Source: Fistulifera solaris (taxonomy: Eukaryota). From it: a stretch of 64,000 bases of DNA. The stretch covers positions 124,001 to 188,000 of the forward strand of contig AP026127.1 of assembly GCA_030295235.1 (NCBI GenBank). Direction: 5' to 3'. The notes under the pieces were generated by a model that worked only from the letters and a program-made list of their open reading frames with translations, was not told the DNA's origin and made no database searches. Positions 23,287-35,356 of the stretch are shown here, in pieces. Each line of letters opens with the position of its first letter. The first letter of the stretch is position 1. A program made the translations under genes and the position numbers.

Positions 23287-24053
23287 ATGAAGTTTGCGTT
23301 TCCATCGTTCCTTCTTTTCGTATCGATTGCCCCCACACAAGCCGGGCCCTTGTGCGACGGACTCATGAGCCAAGCCATCACCGCCATCGATCCTCCTTTC
23401 CCCTTCGAATGCGAATGCGGTCTTCGTCTCCTTCGTCGTCCCCGCTTCGATTGCGCCACCGAAGTATGTATCAGTGATGTCGATGGATTGTTCGGTGGTC
23501 TTCTGCCTGTGGAGTTGCCCATCATTTACGCAGAATCGACTTGCTTGAACCCGACGTTCAAAGGACGTTTCCCCAAACGAGCCAACGGAAACGTGGAGAT
23601 TGGTGGCTGCACTGGACAAGCCCTCATGGTCGTTGATGCCGAACAGCTTGTCGATGCCATCGATAGTTCCGGCCAATATGACGCGGCCGATGTTGATCTA
23701 CCCCCTAAGTTGGATTTCAACATTCCCAACTCGTGTTTGGACGTGACCAGCAGCAGTCGTCCAAGTCTCCGGGACCGTACGATCAGTGTCAGTGGATGTT
23801 CCGCATCGATTGGCGGAGAATCCTGTCCCTGCACGCCCTGCGGGGTGGCACGGGCGTTGAAATTGGCGCCGAATGTGTCACGAAACTCTTCAACAAAATG
23901 ATTCCTGAGTCCTTGTCGACCAATGAGAATCAGGAGATTAAGGATGCCTTTACTTTTACAGCGTCCGATCCCATCTGCGTAAGCACGGAGAACCTCCGCA
24001 CCGGACGCGGTGTGGTGGACGTCATGTTGAAGCCTTACTTGACTCAATTGTAG
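23287..24053 (+). CDS. Secreted cysteine-rich hypothetical protein
   Basis: Signal peptide MKFAFPSFLLFVSIAPTQA; CEC and CSASIGGESCPCTPC; continues by frameshift into 23733-24053. Confidence 0.7.
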
Positions 24054-24807
24054 GCATCGTTTTAGAAATTGGGGATTTCACGGAAGATCATTATGATATG
24101 CAAAAGTAAAAATACATAATTTCATAGCTGTTTTAAAAATAGTTTTCGGCCACTCCGTAGGAGCGAAATGTGATGCTATTATTTTGAAAAACAAATTGGC
24201 AGCATCCTTCATCGACGCAGTGCATACTCGCCTGGAACGGTTAGCAAAAGACAATTTATGAATGCAACTACCCAAGGATTTGAGAAAAATGGGGTCCTCC
24301 GACACCTTGGAAGTCGACACCTAGCTAGCACGAAAACGAGCATCGTACTGGTAAGGAACTACGGAGTAGCAAAGACCGTGTTAGCGTTCGGGACTGGGCT
24401 TAAGACAATCCCGGTTGGGCGAAAGTACAATCTACCCGGAAAGCGAAGCCGAAGAACAATTATGCGCTGGCACCAGCAAATTTTCCTCGTAGTTAATAGA
24501 AAGCGCTTTTTCATTGGTTCCTGCTTTACAGCAATGCTCATACTCATTGTTGGTTTTTTCTTTTTTCTTTCTTCGTCCGGCAGACTATGTTGAAGTTGCA
24601 ATTGCAAAAATTGCAAAGCGGACATCCACCATCCACCATCCACCATCCATTCTTTTGTAGGCGAGAATTGCCCCTCTGGCGCGAGATGAAAATGGTTTCT
24701 CCGACTCCCTCGCAAAACATCACCAACGCGCCAACAATTTCTCCGATTGCATTCCAACGTTCGACGAACCCTTTTCAAAAGATCATTATTTCGATAATAA
24801 TTTCCAC

Positions 24808-25200
24808 ATGCCAATGCAACGATATACGACGTTGTTGCAACAACTGGCGCGAAAACAACAACGACAAACCCAAAGATCGCTGTCGTTGCCGACGTCTTCC
24901 ACTCATCAGTGCTACTTTACGTACTGGAGTCTTTTGGGAGCGTGTGCCGGATGGAGCATGACCGCGTCGTCCGAGTCTCCACCTTCGTTAGCCATGACAC
25001 AAGATGCCGTCCTCTATTCGACAGTCTGGGCCATTGCTTCGCTGGGTGTGACGCGCAATTTATCGTTGATGGCTTGTCACTTGTCCAATGTCGGTGCCGT
25101 CCTGTATCATTATTTGGATACCCACGCGGAGCGCTTTCAAATGAAATCGTATCACACAGACGATTGGCAATGTCACGGGGAACGCACCGAGTCCTCTTAA
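24808..25200 (+). CDS. Divergent mitochondrial pyruvate carrier (MPC)-like protein, copy 1
   Basis: Basic/hydroxylated presequence; YWSLLGACAGW...MTQDAVLYS...TRNLSLMACHLSNVGA resembles the MPC1 consensus MT.AL..YS...PRN..L.ACH..N. Confidence 0.6.
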   Translation: MPMQRYTTLLQQLARKQQRQTQRSLSLPTSSTHQCYFTYWSLLGACAGWSMTASSESPPSLAMTQDAVLYSTVWAIASLGVTRNLSLMACHLSNVGAVLYHYLDTHAERFQMKSYHTDDWQCHGERTESS

Positions 25201-25604
25201 AAAGAGAACACACGATTCTCACTCGGTAGAATAGTAGAAACGCATAACGAATATCAACTTACAGATACAGCTTGAATTTCCAACAGAAACACGTCATTTG
25301 CTACATAGTTGAACGACTTAATCTGATGTGTTGAACTATCATAATACGGCTGACTGTCCGAGAGCTGGTGTTGCTGGATCGAAGTTTCTCCTACCGTTTC
25401 GTAGTGTTCACAAGTCAATGAAAGGAGGTGCCCTTCCTACTTCGTAACAAAGAAGGCCCGCTGAGAGAAATCATTCATACATCAAATACTAGCTACAAAT
25501 ACAAAGTAGAATATATCACTGTGCAAACACGGAGTTCTAATAAAAGTTCGAACGAACTCTACCCCACAAGAGAAATAACTACCACATATAGAACGTCCAA
25601 GAAT

Positions 25605-27528
25605 TTAGGCCGCCACTTCTTCTTCATCCTCGTCCTTGATCTTGTCCGTCTCGCCGTGTTCTTCATCGTCATCCGGAAGACCCGTATGTTCCATCAAGGC
25701 CGTCACCTTGGCCTTGAGGAATTCCATATCATCCGGGAGATCCTTCATGGTAAGACGGACGCGTTCGCGACGTTCAAAGCACGTATTGAGAGTCTGCTTG
25801 CCGTCTTTGAAACGCCACCAGTACGCCAAGTAACCCAAGGACAAGATGAGAACCACCACCAAGAGCGATCCGAGCACCGTCAGTCCCTTGCTACCGTCCG
25901 AAAAGAGGAAAGAGATACCCAAACAAATCGCAGGAAGGATAACAAACATGACGAAAATGTACAAGAACGGGAATCCACGCCACTGACGGGTGGCTTTTCC
26001 GAGCTTGACGAGCGGCGTGAATGGGCATCGCGCGCATAAAGGGGATTGGGTAAAAGATGGCAATACCGGTAATGTTAAAGAACAAGTGGCACATGGCGAC
26101 TTGCAAGGACTCGGTTCCTTCCGTGACCATGGAAGCCAACAAAGCCGTGACGGTAGTACCAATGTTGGATCCCAACGTCAAGGGGTACATTTGGTTCAAA
26201 TGAATCGCACCAATTCCCACGAGAGGGGTCAAGGCGGAAGTGACGACGGACGAGGACTGAACCAAGATGGTCAAACCGCAACCCACGGCAATCGCCACGT
26301 ATCCATTGACATTGGTGGCCTTGTGCACGACACGGGTCGACAAGCCGAGCAACATGCGCTGCAAGACATTCACCAAAGCCAACAAGCAGGTAAAGAGAAT
26401 GACAATGGAGATGAAGAAAACAACTCCACCAGAGACCTTGTCGTCCTTGGCAGTGGCATTGGGCTGGAAGAAGGAGGGGCAGGTGTTCTTGTCGCTGTTG
26501 CACGAAATGAGACCAACTTGCTTGCACTTGGAGGCGGTGGGTTCTCCTGGCTCGCAAAGAACGGGATAAAAGCCATCACCGTCGTCACAAGAGCCGGTTC
26601 CCTTGGCCACGGCAGTAATCAACTTGCTGTTGGACTTGATGATGCGTTCTCCGAGCGGTGCAACGAACTTCTTGACGGGTCCTTCCCAAGTTTCACCATC
26701 CGACGTCGAGGCATTCTTGACCATGGCTCCCGTCAAGTGACGAAGATAACCGGTTGCAATCTCGAGGGGGAAAAGGACGCACACGGTCATGTAGTTGAAC
26801 ATATCGTGCACGGTGGCACCGGCAAAGGCGCGTTCCAACTGATCCGCATCTCCCAATTGACCCAAAGACACCAACGTGTTTGTGACGGTAGTACCAATGT
26901 TGGCTCCCATGACCATGTAAATCGCTTGACGAACCGAAATGGCCGAACCGACGAGCGAGACAATGATGGAAGTGGTGGTCGAAGACGACTGCAACAAGAC
27001 CGTCGACAAGATACCCACCATGAGACCAGCGACGGGGTTAGTTTCGTCACCAAACAAGGCACCGGCGGTGCAGCCCGTCATGACCTTGGCGCTGGTGCCC
27101 ATCAATTCGAGACCAAAGAGGAAGAAATAGAGGAAGAAGCAGACGACGAGGAATCCTCCAAACGCGTAGCCCCATTCCGTAGGCGAGCGTACGCAGCAAG
27201 CTTGAAAGACTTCACCCCAGGTGGCATCGGCCGGTTCTTCGTCCGCGTTGAAATCATCATCACCAAAGTGAATCGATCCAGTAGGACGATCCTTGCGCGA
27301 GGTGATGGGCTTCTTGGGTTTGTTATCTTCGTCCGACTGTGTTGTGAAGAATGGGGATGTGAGAGCGAGGAGCGAGCGCAAAAAATAAGCAACAGAGAGA
27401 AGAAGCGAAAGATAGTGTATTTATCAAGAAATAACCGTTTTCGAATAAAAGAAGCAATACGCTGATGGAAAGCCCGCGCTGAAGAAGCAAGAACATTAGC
27501 CACGAGAGCAGATACAATCACTTACCAT
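25605..27528 (-). CDS. Sodium-dependent phosphate cotransporter (SLC34/NptA family), copy 1
   Basis: QSSSTTTS, GANIGT, RAFAGATVHDMFN, QSSSV, LGSNIGTT motifs; ATG 27528 followed by intron 27337-27525; one frameshift near 26010. Confidence 0.93.
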
Positions 27529-27719
27529 TGCAAATAGAAAGAGTTTTCAACAGAGACTGACCTGAAGGAATGCAAAAAAAACGTTTTCAGATCCAAATTG
27601 TGTTTTTGACACGATCTTGATGAAAAGAAAGGAGTTGGTGGAGCTGGAGCCCATTTGGTTGGCATCTCGTACATCTCCTACAGATAGAATCTTGTCAACG
27701 AATCAACAAGATTCGTGTT

Positions 27720-27737
27720 GCGAGCTCCGAGACTTCT
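27720..27737. promoter_or_regulatory. 18-bp motif conserved upstream of both SLC34 copies
   Basis: GCGAGCTCCGAGACTTCT is identical at 27720-27737 and 33081-33098, about 200 bp upstream of each ATG. Confidence 0.5.
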
Positions 27738-28014
27738 CAAAAAGAAAGTTTCTGCGTCAACAAGATCATCAAAAAACAGTTTTTGAAGGAGTGATGCTTT
27801 TTGTGTGTGATTGTCTTTGGATTTTTGGATCCTTCATGGTCGCCAACGAAAAGCATTTTCGTTTGCGTGGGTGCGGAAAGTGGTGGAGAAGAAGCATCGC
27901 GCGGTGCGCGCGATTATTACCAGGTACCAGGTACCAGGTACACCGCGGTTTAGGCGCGGATTTGCGCGAACAATGGATCATGCGAGTCCCGTAGGAGCAG
28001 TCAAGAGTCAAGAA

Positions 28015-28058
28015 GTTACCGGTTACCGGTTACTGGTACCGGTACCGGTACCGGTACT
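28015..28058. repeat. (GGTACC/GGTTACC)n microsatellite
   Basis: Tandem ggtacc-like units; similar tracts at ~27918-27942 and ~29682-29714. Confidence 0.8.
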
Positions 28059-28128
28059 GTATAATGAGCCAGTCGATCCGGATCCGGATCCTAGCGAGGC
28101 GTAGAAAGACGCACTTGTAGAAGTGGTA

Positions 28129-29645
28129 CAGCTGTTTGCTCCTGGTCACCGACCTATGTAAAATACGTAAAAAATGTACCACGCAGTACAAAGTCTACGT
28201 CCTATTTTCACGTAGAAGCTAAGTCCTCTTCACGAAAGCCAGTAATTCAACTCAAAAACTTTTTTTAAGACTAAAAAATCAATGATAACGACTTTAATCA
28301 TCTTTGGAAGAGATGTCCTGTCGTCATTTCTGCAGAAATGTCACCCTCCTTATGGAAAAAATGATCGGTAAACTATTTACTGGCATTCCCGAGTCAGTCA
28401 CGCATCACGGCAACTAGCGCCTGACAGACCATCGCAGTCGAGACGCTCATTGTTCCGCGCATAAAGATCTCGCTTTTCTTTCGGCTTTCGGCAACCTACT
28501 CATGGCCATTCTTTTCATGTTGCAGAGCTTAAAGCCAACGTTATAAAAAGTAAGTTGTAAGTACATGTAACTATTTCTTTGATGTTGAGGCGATGCAGCG
28601 CTTTTTAATCTGTTTCATCCTCTGATTCGCTCTCGGACGAAAAATCAGGAAGTACGAAATCGTCCATATCGTCGTACTCCATAATGTTGTCTTCGTCACT
28701 TTCGTCTTCATCCTCGAATTCGTGCTCCGCTTTCTGTGGTAGTTGTTTCTTCTTTGAAAGGAAATTATTGTCTGTTGTTGTTTTCACCACCATCTCAATG
28801 AAGCCTGCATCAAAGTCCAGCGCACAGCGGTGCGTCTTAAACTTTTCATGAGTCGTTCAATTTCAAGGTGCGAGATGGTGACTATTTTCTTTCCTTTAAG
28901 CTTTGCTTTCTCTCGTTTTGCTTTGTAACGCTCTTGTACTAACAAACGATTGATACCCAATTCTTGAAAGGGTATAACGCCATCATCGCTGTCACTGCCG
29001 TCATCTTGTAAAGATGAATTCTGCTCCAATTGTTCACGGCGGTTGTAGGTATCGAAGCGTGAATTATTGTTTTTGACACCATGTAAAACCAGATAACGCG
29101 CTGGTTGTTTGTGTTTTCTCCGAATGGACACTTCATGTATTGACGAAATCGAAAAATACCTTTGTCGTTGTCCATGTTATCACAATAATAGAAAGTCTTT
29201 GAAATGGCTTTATTTAGCAATGCTCGTGTCAATTTTGTTGAACCAAGCTCTCTTTGAAGTGAGGGGTGATGATCTCTCAATATCCGAAAGAAATATTCGT
29301 CGCAGATCCATTTGTCTTGATAGTCCGCAAACGCATCAGTGCAGACAAATTTGTGCCAACTTTCAGCGACAATTTTGAGAACCGACATGTTGCAGGTCAG
29401 GCACGATATATATACCAATCGACGCCGATTAAAAAAAAAGAAACAATATATGTTTAGATCGTGCCTGACTAAAGTAGGCACGATGTATTATTAGCAATGT
29501 AATGATAGGATCGGCGTTGTCGAAAATAACACGAAATTTATCTCGATGGAAAGAGGGCGGAGGAGTTTTTGAACCGGCACTCAAATCCGTTGTGGTAGGT
29601 TTCTACAGAGCTTACATGGGTTCTGGGCCATCATGCAAACAGCTG
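28129..29645. mobile_element. TA-flanked TIR DNA element (Tc1/mariner-like ends), probably non-autonomous
   Basis: TA|CAGCTGTTTGC...GCAAACAGCTG|TA; the inverted similarity continues imperfectly for ~55 bp (atgtaa and taccac blocks); 1517 bp. Confidence 0.65.
28605..29388 (-). CDS. Orphan ORF inside the TIR element (frameshifted, acidic C-terminus)
   Basis: ORFs 28939-29481 (ATG 29388, MSVLKIVAESW), 28784-29131 and 28605-28793 overlap in series; no DDE motif recognised. Confidence 0.5.
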
Positions 29646-30285
29646 TACTGGTACTTGTATACTGTAAATGCACGGGAAGCTGTACTGGTACTGGTACCGG
29701 TACCGGTACCGGTAGTAGTCCGCGTCTGTCTGCAGTCTGCCTGTCGCTTTCAACCGGATCGACGTCCAGACGAGGTTCGAACGAAAAAGCTAGAGTAGCT
29801 AGGAAGAGGAAGATTACTTTCTCGAAGTGTGAAAGTAGCACTCAGCTACTCATTACTAGAAAATTGAAACAAAAGTGAATTTTATCTTTCACTATAATTT
29901 ACAACTTCTACTTGTATTTCTATGTCGTTTGTAGCTGCAGCAAGTTCGAAATTCGATTTCCGAACATCCTAGATGTTCATTCGCTCTCGCAGGATAGTCA
30001 TTTTGCAAATCATCAAGTTTTTGATACATGTGATTTCGTCTCCTACAAATCACTCAAATAATATCCGTGCTCCTTGTATGTACTTAGTCGCTCATCGTCG
30101 AGCCAGGAAAGACCCACGATCGTAGGAGAGCTGTCGCCGGGGCCCTCCGTCTGCCGGTCGGGTGTCTTGCACAAGTGTGTCTTTTTTCTCCGCGCACAAT
30201 CAGCAAGTTTCTCCAAATGCTTTCTTTACTGTGGTACCGTCGTACCTATTCCGTGCTCCGTTTCTTGGCTGAGTCGATCGATCAA

Positions 30286-30720
30286 CTATACAATTTTCTC
30301 CTTACTGGGTCGGTTAAGTAGAGAGTGTTCGTCTTGATGTTTCGTTTGCCGTATTTCTTCTCGACATTGCCAGTCGGTTGTATGGTAACGTTGTAATAGC
30401 GGCGTCGACGGCAAAGGATTGATAGCAGACCCGACAATGGCCATTACATTCAAAAGGTGACAGCGAAACAGCCAAGCGGAATTCCAAGAAAATAAAGCAA
30501 AGATAGAACTAAAGAGAGCAATGTCTTGCGTCATTTGGAGAGAGGATGATGAATGACTATCGTGTGGATACAGCGTCGATAAGGTCACCGACCAGCCGGC
30601 ACACGCCGCGAGACCGCTCCAGTACATGGCAAAGGGATCGCGGGATGGCGTCGATGGCGTCGAAAAGGTTCGTTTGCTGCAGAGTTTTGGTTGTAAGAGT
30701 CGCGTGTATCGAAATATCAT
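30286..30720 (-). CDS. Divergent MPC-like protein, copy 2
   Basis: Paralogue of 24808-25200: YWSGLAACAGW, MTQDIALFSS, LFRCHLLNV, YHTTDWQC; mitochondrial-type presequence MIFRYTRLLQPKLCSKRTFS. Confidence 0.6.
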   Translation of the reverse strand: MIFRYTRLLQPKLCSKRTFSTPSTPSRDPFAMYWSGLAACAGWSVTLSTLYPHDSHSSSSLQMTQDIALFSSIFALFSWNSAWLFRCHLLNVMAIVGSAINPLPSTPLLQRYHTTDWQCREEIRQTKHQDEHSLLNRPSKEKIV

Positions 30721-31051
30721 TTTGTTATTGGAAGGTATTGAAGGCTACACCTGGTGCTTCACAAAACAATAACAAAGCAAACTTTGCTCTTCATCATCGA
30801 CGGTTATATTATGTATGTGCGTCTCGCTAATCGTGATGTCATCGTGTCCGCGCGCAGGCCGGAAGTCATTACAGGGCGCGGTGGCGCGCGACACGACTTG
30901 AAGCGCCAAACGCCAAACACGACCGAAATCCCCTGACCCCTATGGAAGGTCCAAAGATTGAAACTAGGACTTCGTCGTAAGAAATCTGTCAATCAATCAT
31001 CTAATCATGCAAAATAACAAGCTTAGTACTATCAATACAATGAGCTTCCTA

Positions 31052-32864
31052 TCATCTTTCATCATCGGCACTCGCTTCATCATCCTCACTGTCCGGCAGA
31101 CGCGTATGTTCGATCAGCAAGGCAATCTTGGCCTTGATGTACTCCATATCCTTGGGGAGATTTTGCAACGTCAACCTAACGCGTTCGCGTCGTTCAAAAC
31201 GATCGCTACAATACCGTTTTCCGCCCTGGAAACTCCACCAGTAAAAACCATACGCACAGCTGATCACCATGATTGCTACCGAAAAGGAACCCAGAACAGT
31301 GAGCCCCATACTGCCGCTGGAGAACAAAAGGAGAGACCGAACGAAGTTATCGGGAACAAAAAGAACATGAAACCAATGTACACAAAGGGAAAGCCCCGCC
31401 ATTGCCGCGTGGCTTTTCCGAGCTGACGAGCGGCCTGTAGAGGAAAGGCCCGCATGAAAGGAATAGGATAGAAAATAGCAATTCCAATCAGATTGAACAA
31501 CAAGTGACACAAGGCAACTTGAATGGATTCGGTTCCTTCCGTGACCATGGCCGCCAATAGTGCCGTAATGGTGGATCCAATATTGGCGCCCAGCGTCAAC
31601 GGGTACATGTGATTCAACTTGATTACACCAATGCCCACCAGCGGAGTTAAGGTCGAAGTCACGACCGAAGAGGATTGTACCAGCAGTGTCAGACCACAGC
31701 CAAGAGCCATATTGACATAGCCATTTAGATTGGTAGCTTTGTGAACAATACGGGTCGATGATCCCATCAGCATACGCTGCAAGATATTCAAGAGCGCAAA
31801 TAGGCAAAAGAAGAGCATGACCACGGCCAGTGTAAAAACGACTCCTCCCGAGATTTTGTCTTCTTTAACGGTCGCATTTGGTTGAAAGAACGACGGACAG
31901 GTATTTCGTTCCCGATCGCAGGCAATCAAACCAACTTGAAGACATTTATTATAAGAAGGCTCCCCCGGCTCGCAGAGAATGGGATAAAAGCCATCGCCCT
32001 CTTCACACGAGCCTTCTCCATGCGCAACCGCCGTCAACAACTCCTTGTTGGCCCGAATGATACGATCCCCCAACGGCGCCACAAATTTCCGAATCGGTCC
32101 TTCCCACAATCCTCCGTCGGTCGTAAACGTATGCTGCACCATGAGTCCGGTCAATCGCCGCAAATATCCGGTCGCAATTTCGAGCGGAAACAAGACAGCG
32201 ACGGTCATCATATTGAACATATCGTGCACCGTCGCCCCGGCAAACGCCCGTTCCAGTTGATCCGCATCACCCAATTGCCCCAACGACACAATCGTATTGG
32301 TGACCGTCGTCCCAATATTCGCTCCCATGACCATATAGATGGCTTGCCGCACCGAGATCGCCGAGCCCGCCAACGATACCACAATGCTGGTGGTGGTCGA
32401 AGAGGACTGCAACAAGACAGTAGACATCAAGCCCACGGTCAATCCGGCCACCGGATTCGTTTCATCCCCAAATAAAGCACCGGCCGTGCAACCCGTCATG
32501 ACTTTGGCACCGGACCCCATCAATTCGAGGCCAAAGAGAAAGAAATACATAAAAAACAGGACACCACACAAGCCTGCGGCAGCGCGCATCCACTCTTGCG
32601 ACGTCCGGACACAGCACGCTTCCAAGACTTCACCCCATGTCGCGTCTTCGTACTCATCATCATCATCGTCATCATCCGCGTACGGTAACGAGTGATGCAA
32701 GGACGAATGCAAGTGGTCTTCTCGAATGGGTTTGTGTGTGTCACTTTCCGTGTCGGACTACCAGGATCGAACGGCAGGAATACATGAGAACGAAGAAAGT
32801 AAAGATGCCATACAACACAGAAATACAAGAAAAACACAAGAATAGTCACTGAGAAACTTACCAT
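31052..32864 (-). CDS. Sodium-dependent phosphate cotransporter (SLC34/NptA family), copy 2
   Basis: Same motifs as copy 1; ATG 32864 followed by intron 32758-32861; frameshift near 31320. Confidence 0.93.
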
Positions 32865-33870
32865 ACTGGTAGTTATCAACACGAGAAACGAGTCGTCAAG
32901 GAGACAAAGAAATGGCGTCGCAATGCACGGAACCGTCGGGCTTTCAGAGAATAACGTTTGTTGCGTGAAGAAAAAGAGTCTAACTTTGCAAAAGTGTTGC
33001 TTGTCTTCATAAGCAACAAGGAATACAGAAGGTCTAGAAAGAAAATGAATGCTACGTTATTTAGCAACAACAACGAGGTCGCGAGCTCCGAGACTTCTGA
33101 AATTGCGACACGAGGACCTCGCGTTGTGGAAAATGTCGCGCTCTTCTTCGTGGCGTTGACGTGATGGGAAATGGGACCTTGATTTTCCCATCCGTCCCGT
33201 TACCTGTACTGTTTTTTTATTAAGCATAAAAGCAGCGCTACGACAATTTTGTGTACTTAATAAGTCGTTAATTGTACTATGGGATATCGTACATCGTACA
33301 GACTTTCTAGTGCTGACGTGTATGTGCGACGTGCGACGCCTAAATAAGACTACGCAGCGAGGGATTTATTATTTGAAATGAAGCTGCAAATGAAGGATCA
33401 TCTTCTTTTGATTCCAGAACGCCCTGTCTTTACAAATATTTCCATACCAGGAAAGCACATCCAACGGGCATCATGGTGTTGCTTCAAGTGGAGGCTAAAA
33501 TGGTTGAGAAGGCATTCGTTGCAATAGCTGTTCGTGTGTTTACAAAGTAGAGAAAAGAATAATTAGGTGGTGTAGCAATAGCAGCGAGGAACAGAAGCAG
33601 GGTTACAGATAAGGTAATATTGAATGATTGTTTTGATTTCGTGCTTTAATGCGACAAAGAGTCATGCGATGCGCGATACTCATGATGTTGTAAGTCACGT
33701 GAGCTCGTGACCTAAACGTATACGTTTTTCAAATGACTCACTCGTCATCGCGACACGCCATTGAAATGAATCCGATGAGCCCCATTTCGAAAGCACAAAA
33801 CAGGCTAAAATAGCGAGAAAGTCTCCCAATTAATTTCAGCAAGAATAACAACACAATCAACAAAAGAAGA

Positions 33871-34494
33871 ATGCTTCGATTTACGACACTCAATCTGCTG
33901 CTAGCATTCACTGCCGCGTGGTCAACAACAACTCGTCGTGAAGCCCTGCACCACATGACAGCAGCCGTCATCGCTACTTCCGCAGCTCCCGCATTCGCAC
34001 TACCGACGGAAGAAACGCCCCGTGTCGTTACTCGCATGGGTGGATTGTTGGAACCTTACCAAGATGGTCCTCGCGGTTTTCGTTTGCTCGCACCGTCCGG
34101 ATGGAACAAATTCGATGGCGAAGTCGGTGCTTACGACGTGAAATGGCAAGATTTGGTCGATCCGCTCGAACAAATCAAGCTCAGTAGTACACCGGTCAAA
34201 TCGAGTATCGAAAGTGTCGCCGCTTTGGGCACTTTGGAGGAATTAGGACCCAAATTGGCCGCTAAACGCAACCAAGCGACGCTCGTACAAGCCAGTGAAC
34301 GCCTGACCGACGGTATCTTGTTTTATACCTTCGAATTTGCCCTTCCGGATCAAACGCATCAAATGCTGTTGTTGACTATCCACAAGAGTAAATTGTGGAG
34401 TTTGGATGCGAATGCGCGCAATGAAGCCCGTTGGAAGAAACGATCGGAATTGTATGCCAATGTCGTCGGCAGTTTCATGCCCAAATTGACGTGA
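33871..34494 (+). CDS. PsbP-domain thylakoid lumen protein
   Basis: Signal peptide ending AFTAA|W, twin-Arg RREAL and PAFA cleavage site; PsbP-like PSGW, LGTLEELG, YTFEF and C-terminal VVGSF. Confidence 0.85.
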   Translation: MLRFTTLNLLLAFTAAWSTTTRREALHHMTAAVIATSAAPAFALPTEETPRVVTRMGGLLEPYQDGPRGFRLLAPSGWNKFDGEVGAYDVKWQDLVDPLEQIKLSSTPVKSSIESVAALGTLEELGPKLAAKRNQATLVQASERLTDGILFYTFEFALPDQTHQMLLLTIHKSKLWSLDANARNEARWKKRSELYANVVGSFMPKLT

Positions 34495-34888
34495 GGGATG
34501 AACTACAAAATTAAGTGAGAAATTGACTACGAAATACAAAACAATAATCCTATTAGTTAGATACCGAGCACGCATTTGAGGAACGGAAGAATGGTTCTTG
34601 CGCGCTTTCCAGTTTGTGAAATCGGTTTGTGGTTATATATTTCGTGTTTTGTCTTGTACAAGTTCAATTTTCTTTCATTGATCTGGTTTGCAGCAAATAT
34701 GATCTATTGTCTTCTGAAAATTTGATTCAAATTTGTAATGTTCAGGTTATAAGTATATACATGCATACATTGATTTTTTCGGCAATAAAGCTTATGCAAC
34801 AGAAATAGTACAGCCAATGCAACCGAACAAGAGAAACATGCATCCGCCTCTCTCCTTTCGATAAAAATGGAACTTCTGTCACCCGAGG

Positions 34889-35356
34889 TCATACCATACA
34901 CAGCGAGGCGCCGTGCAATTCATCACATACCATCGTGACATCCATAAATTCGTCATTCGTCATGGCGAATGTTCGACGATGATGTTGTCTGTGGGGATGT
35001 TGGGCACGGTGGACCAACTCGTTCCAATCCGTTGCAGACGTGCGTCGATGAGTCTTGACGACAGGTTCGCGTTGTTCCGCGTCTTCGTGGTCTTCGGTAG
35101 GCGGCAATTCTTCCTTGGAGTCATCCTCTTTCATGGTGCTATCGTGTCGCTCATCTTCTTTACAATTTTCGCCTTTGGGTTCTGGTTCTATTGATTTGTT
35201 GTTATTGTGTGCGGTGCGTCGATGATAAATGTTTTGAACGATCGTCTTGAGTGTCAACGAAGAGGATGACGAGGAGTCACTTGCTGTCGGGGAAACCACC
35301 GGTACGCTTGAATGACTATTTTGTCGCTTGCGACGAGAAGGGAATTTGTAAATCAT
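34889..35356 (-). CDS. Hypothetical protein with repeated HRRT motifs
   Basis: Uninterrupted ORF; YHRRT, THRRT, HHRRT. Confidence 0.5.
   Translation of the reverse strand: MIYKFPSRRKRQNSHSSVPVVSPTASDSSSSSSLTLKTIVQNIYHRRTAHNNNKSIEPEPKGENCKEDERHDSTMKEDDSKEELPPTEDHEDAEQREPVVKTHRRTSATDWNELVHRAQHPHRQHHRRTFAMTNDEFMDVTMVCDELHGASLCMV

Noticed and set aside
25990..27465. 491-aa plus-strand ORF
   Set aside because: Antisense shadow of the SLC34 gene, explained by codon bias; no recognisable motifs. The same applies to 31882-32475 and the antisense ORFs over 18767-20611.
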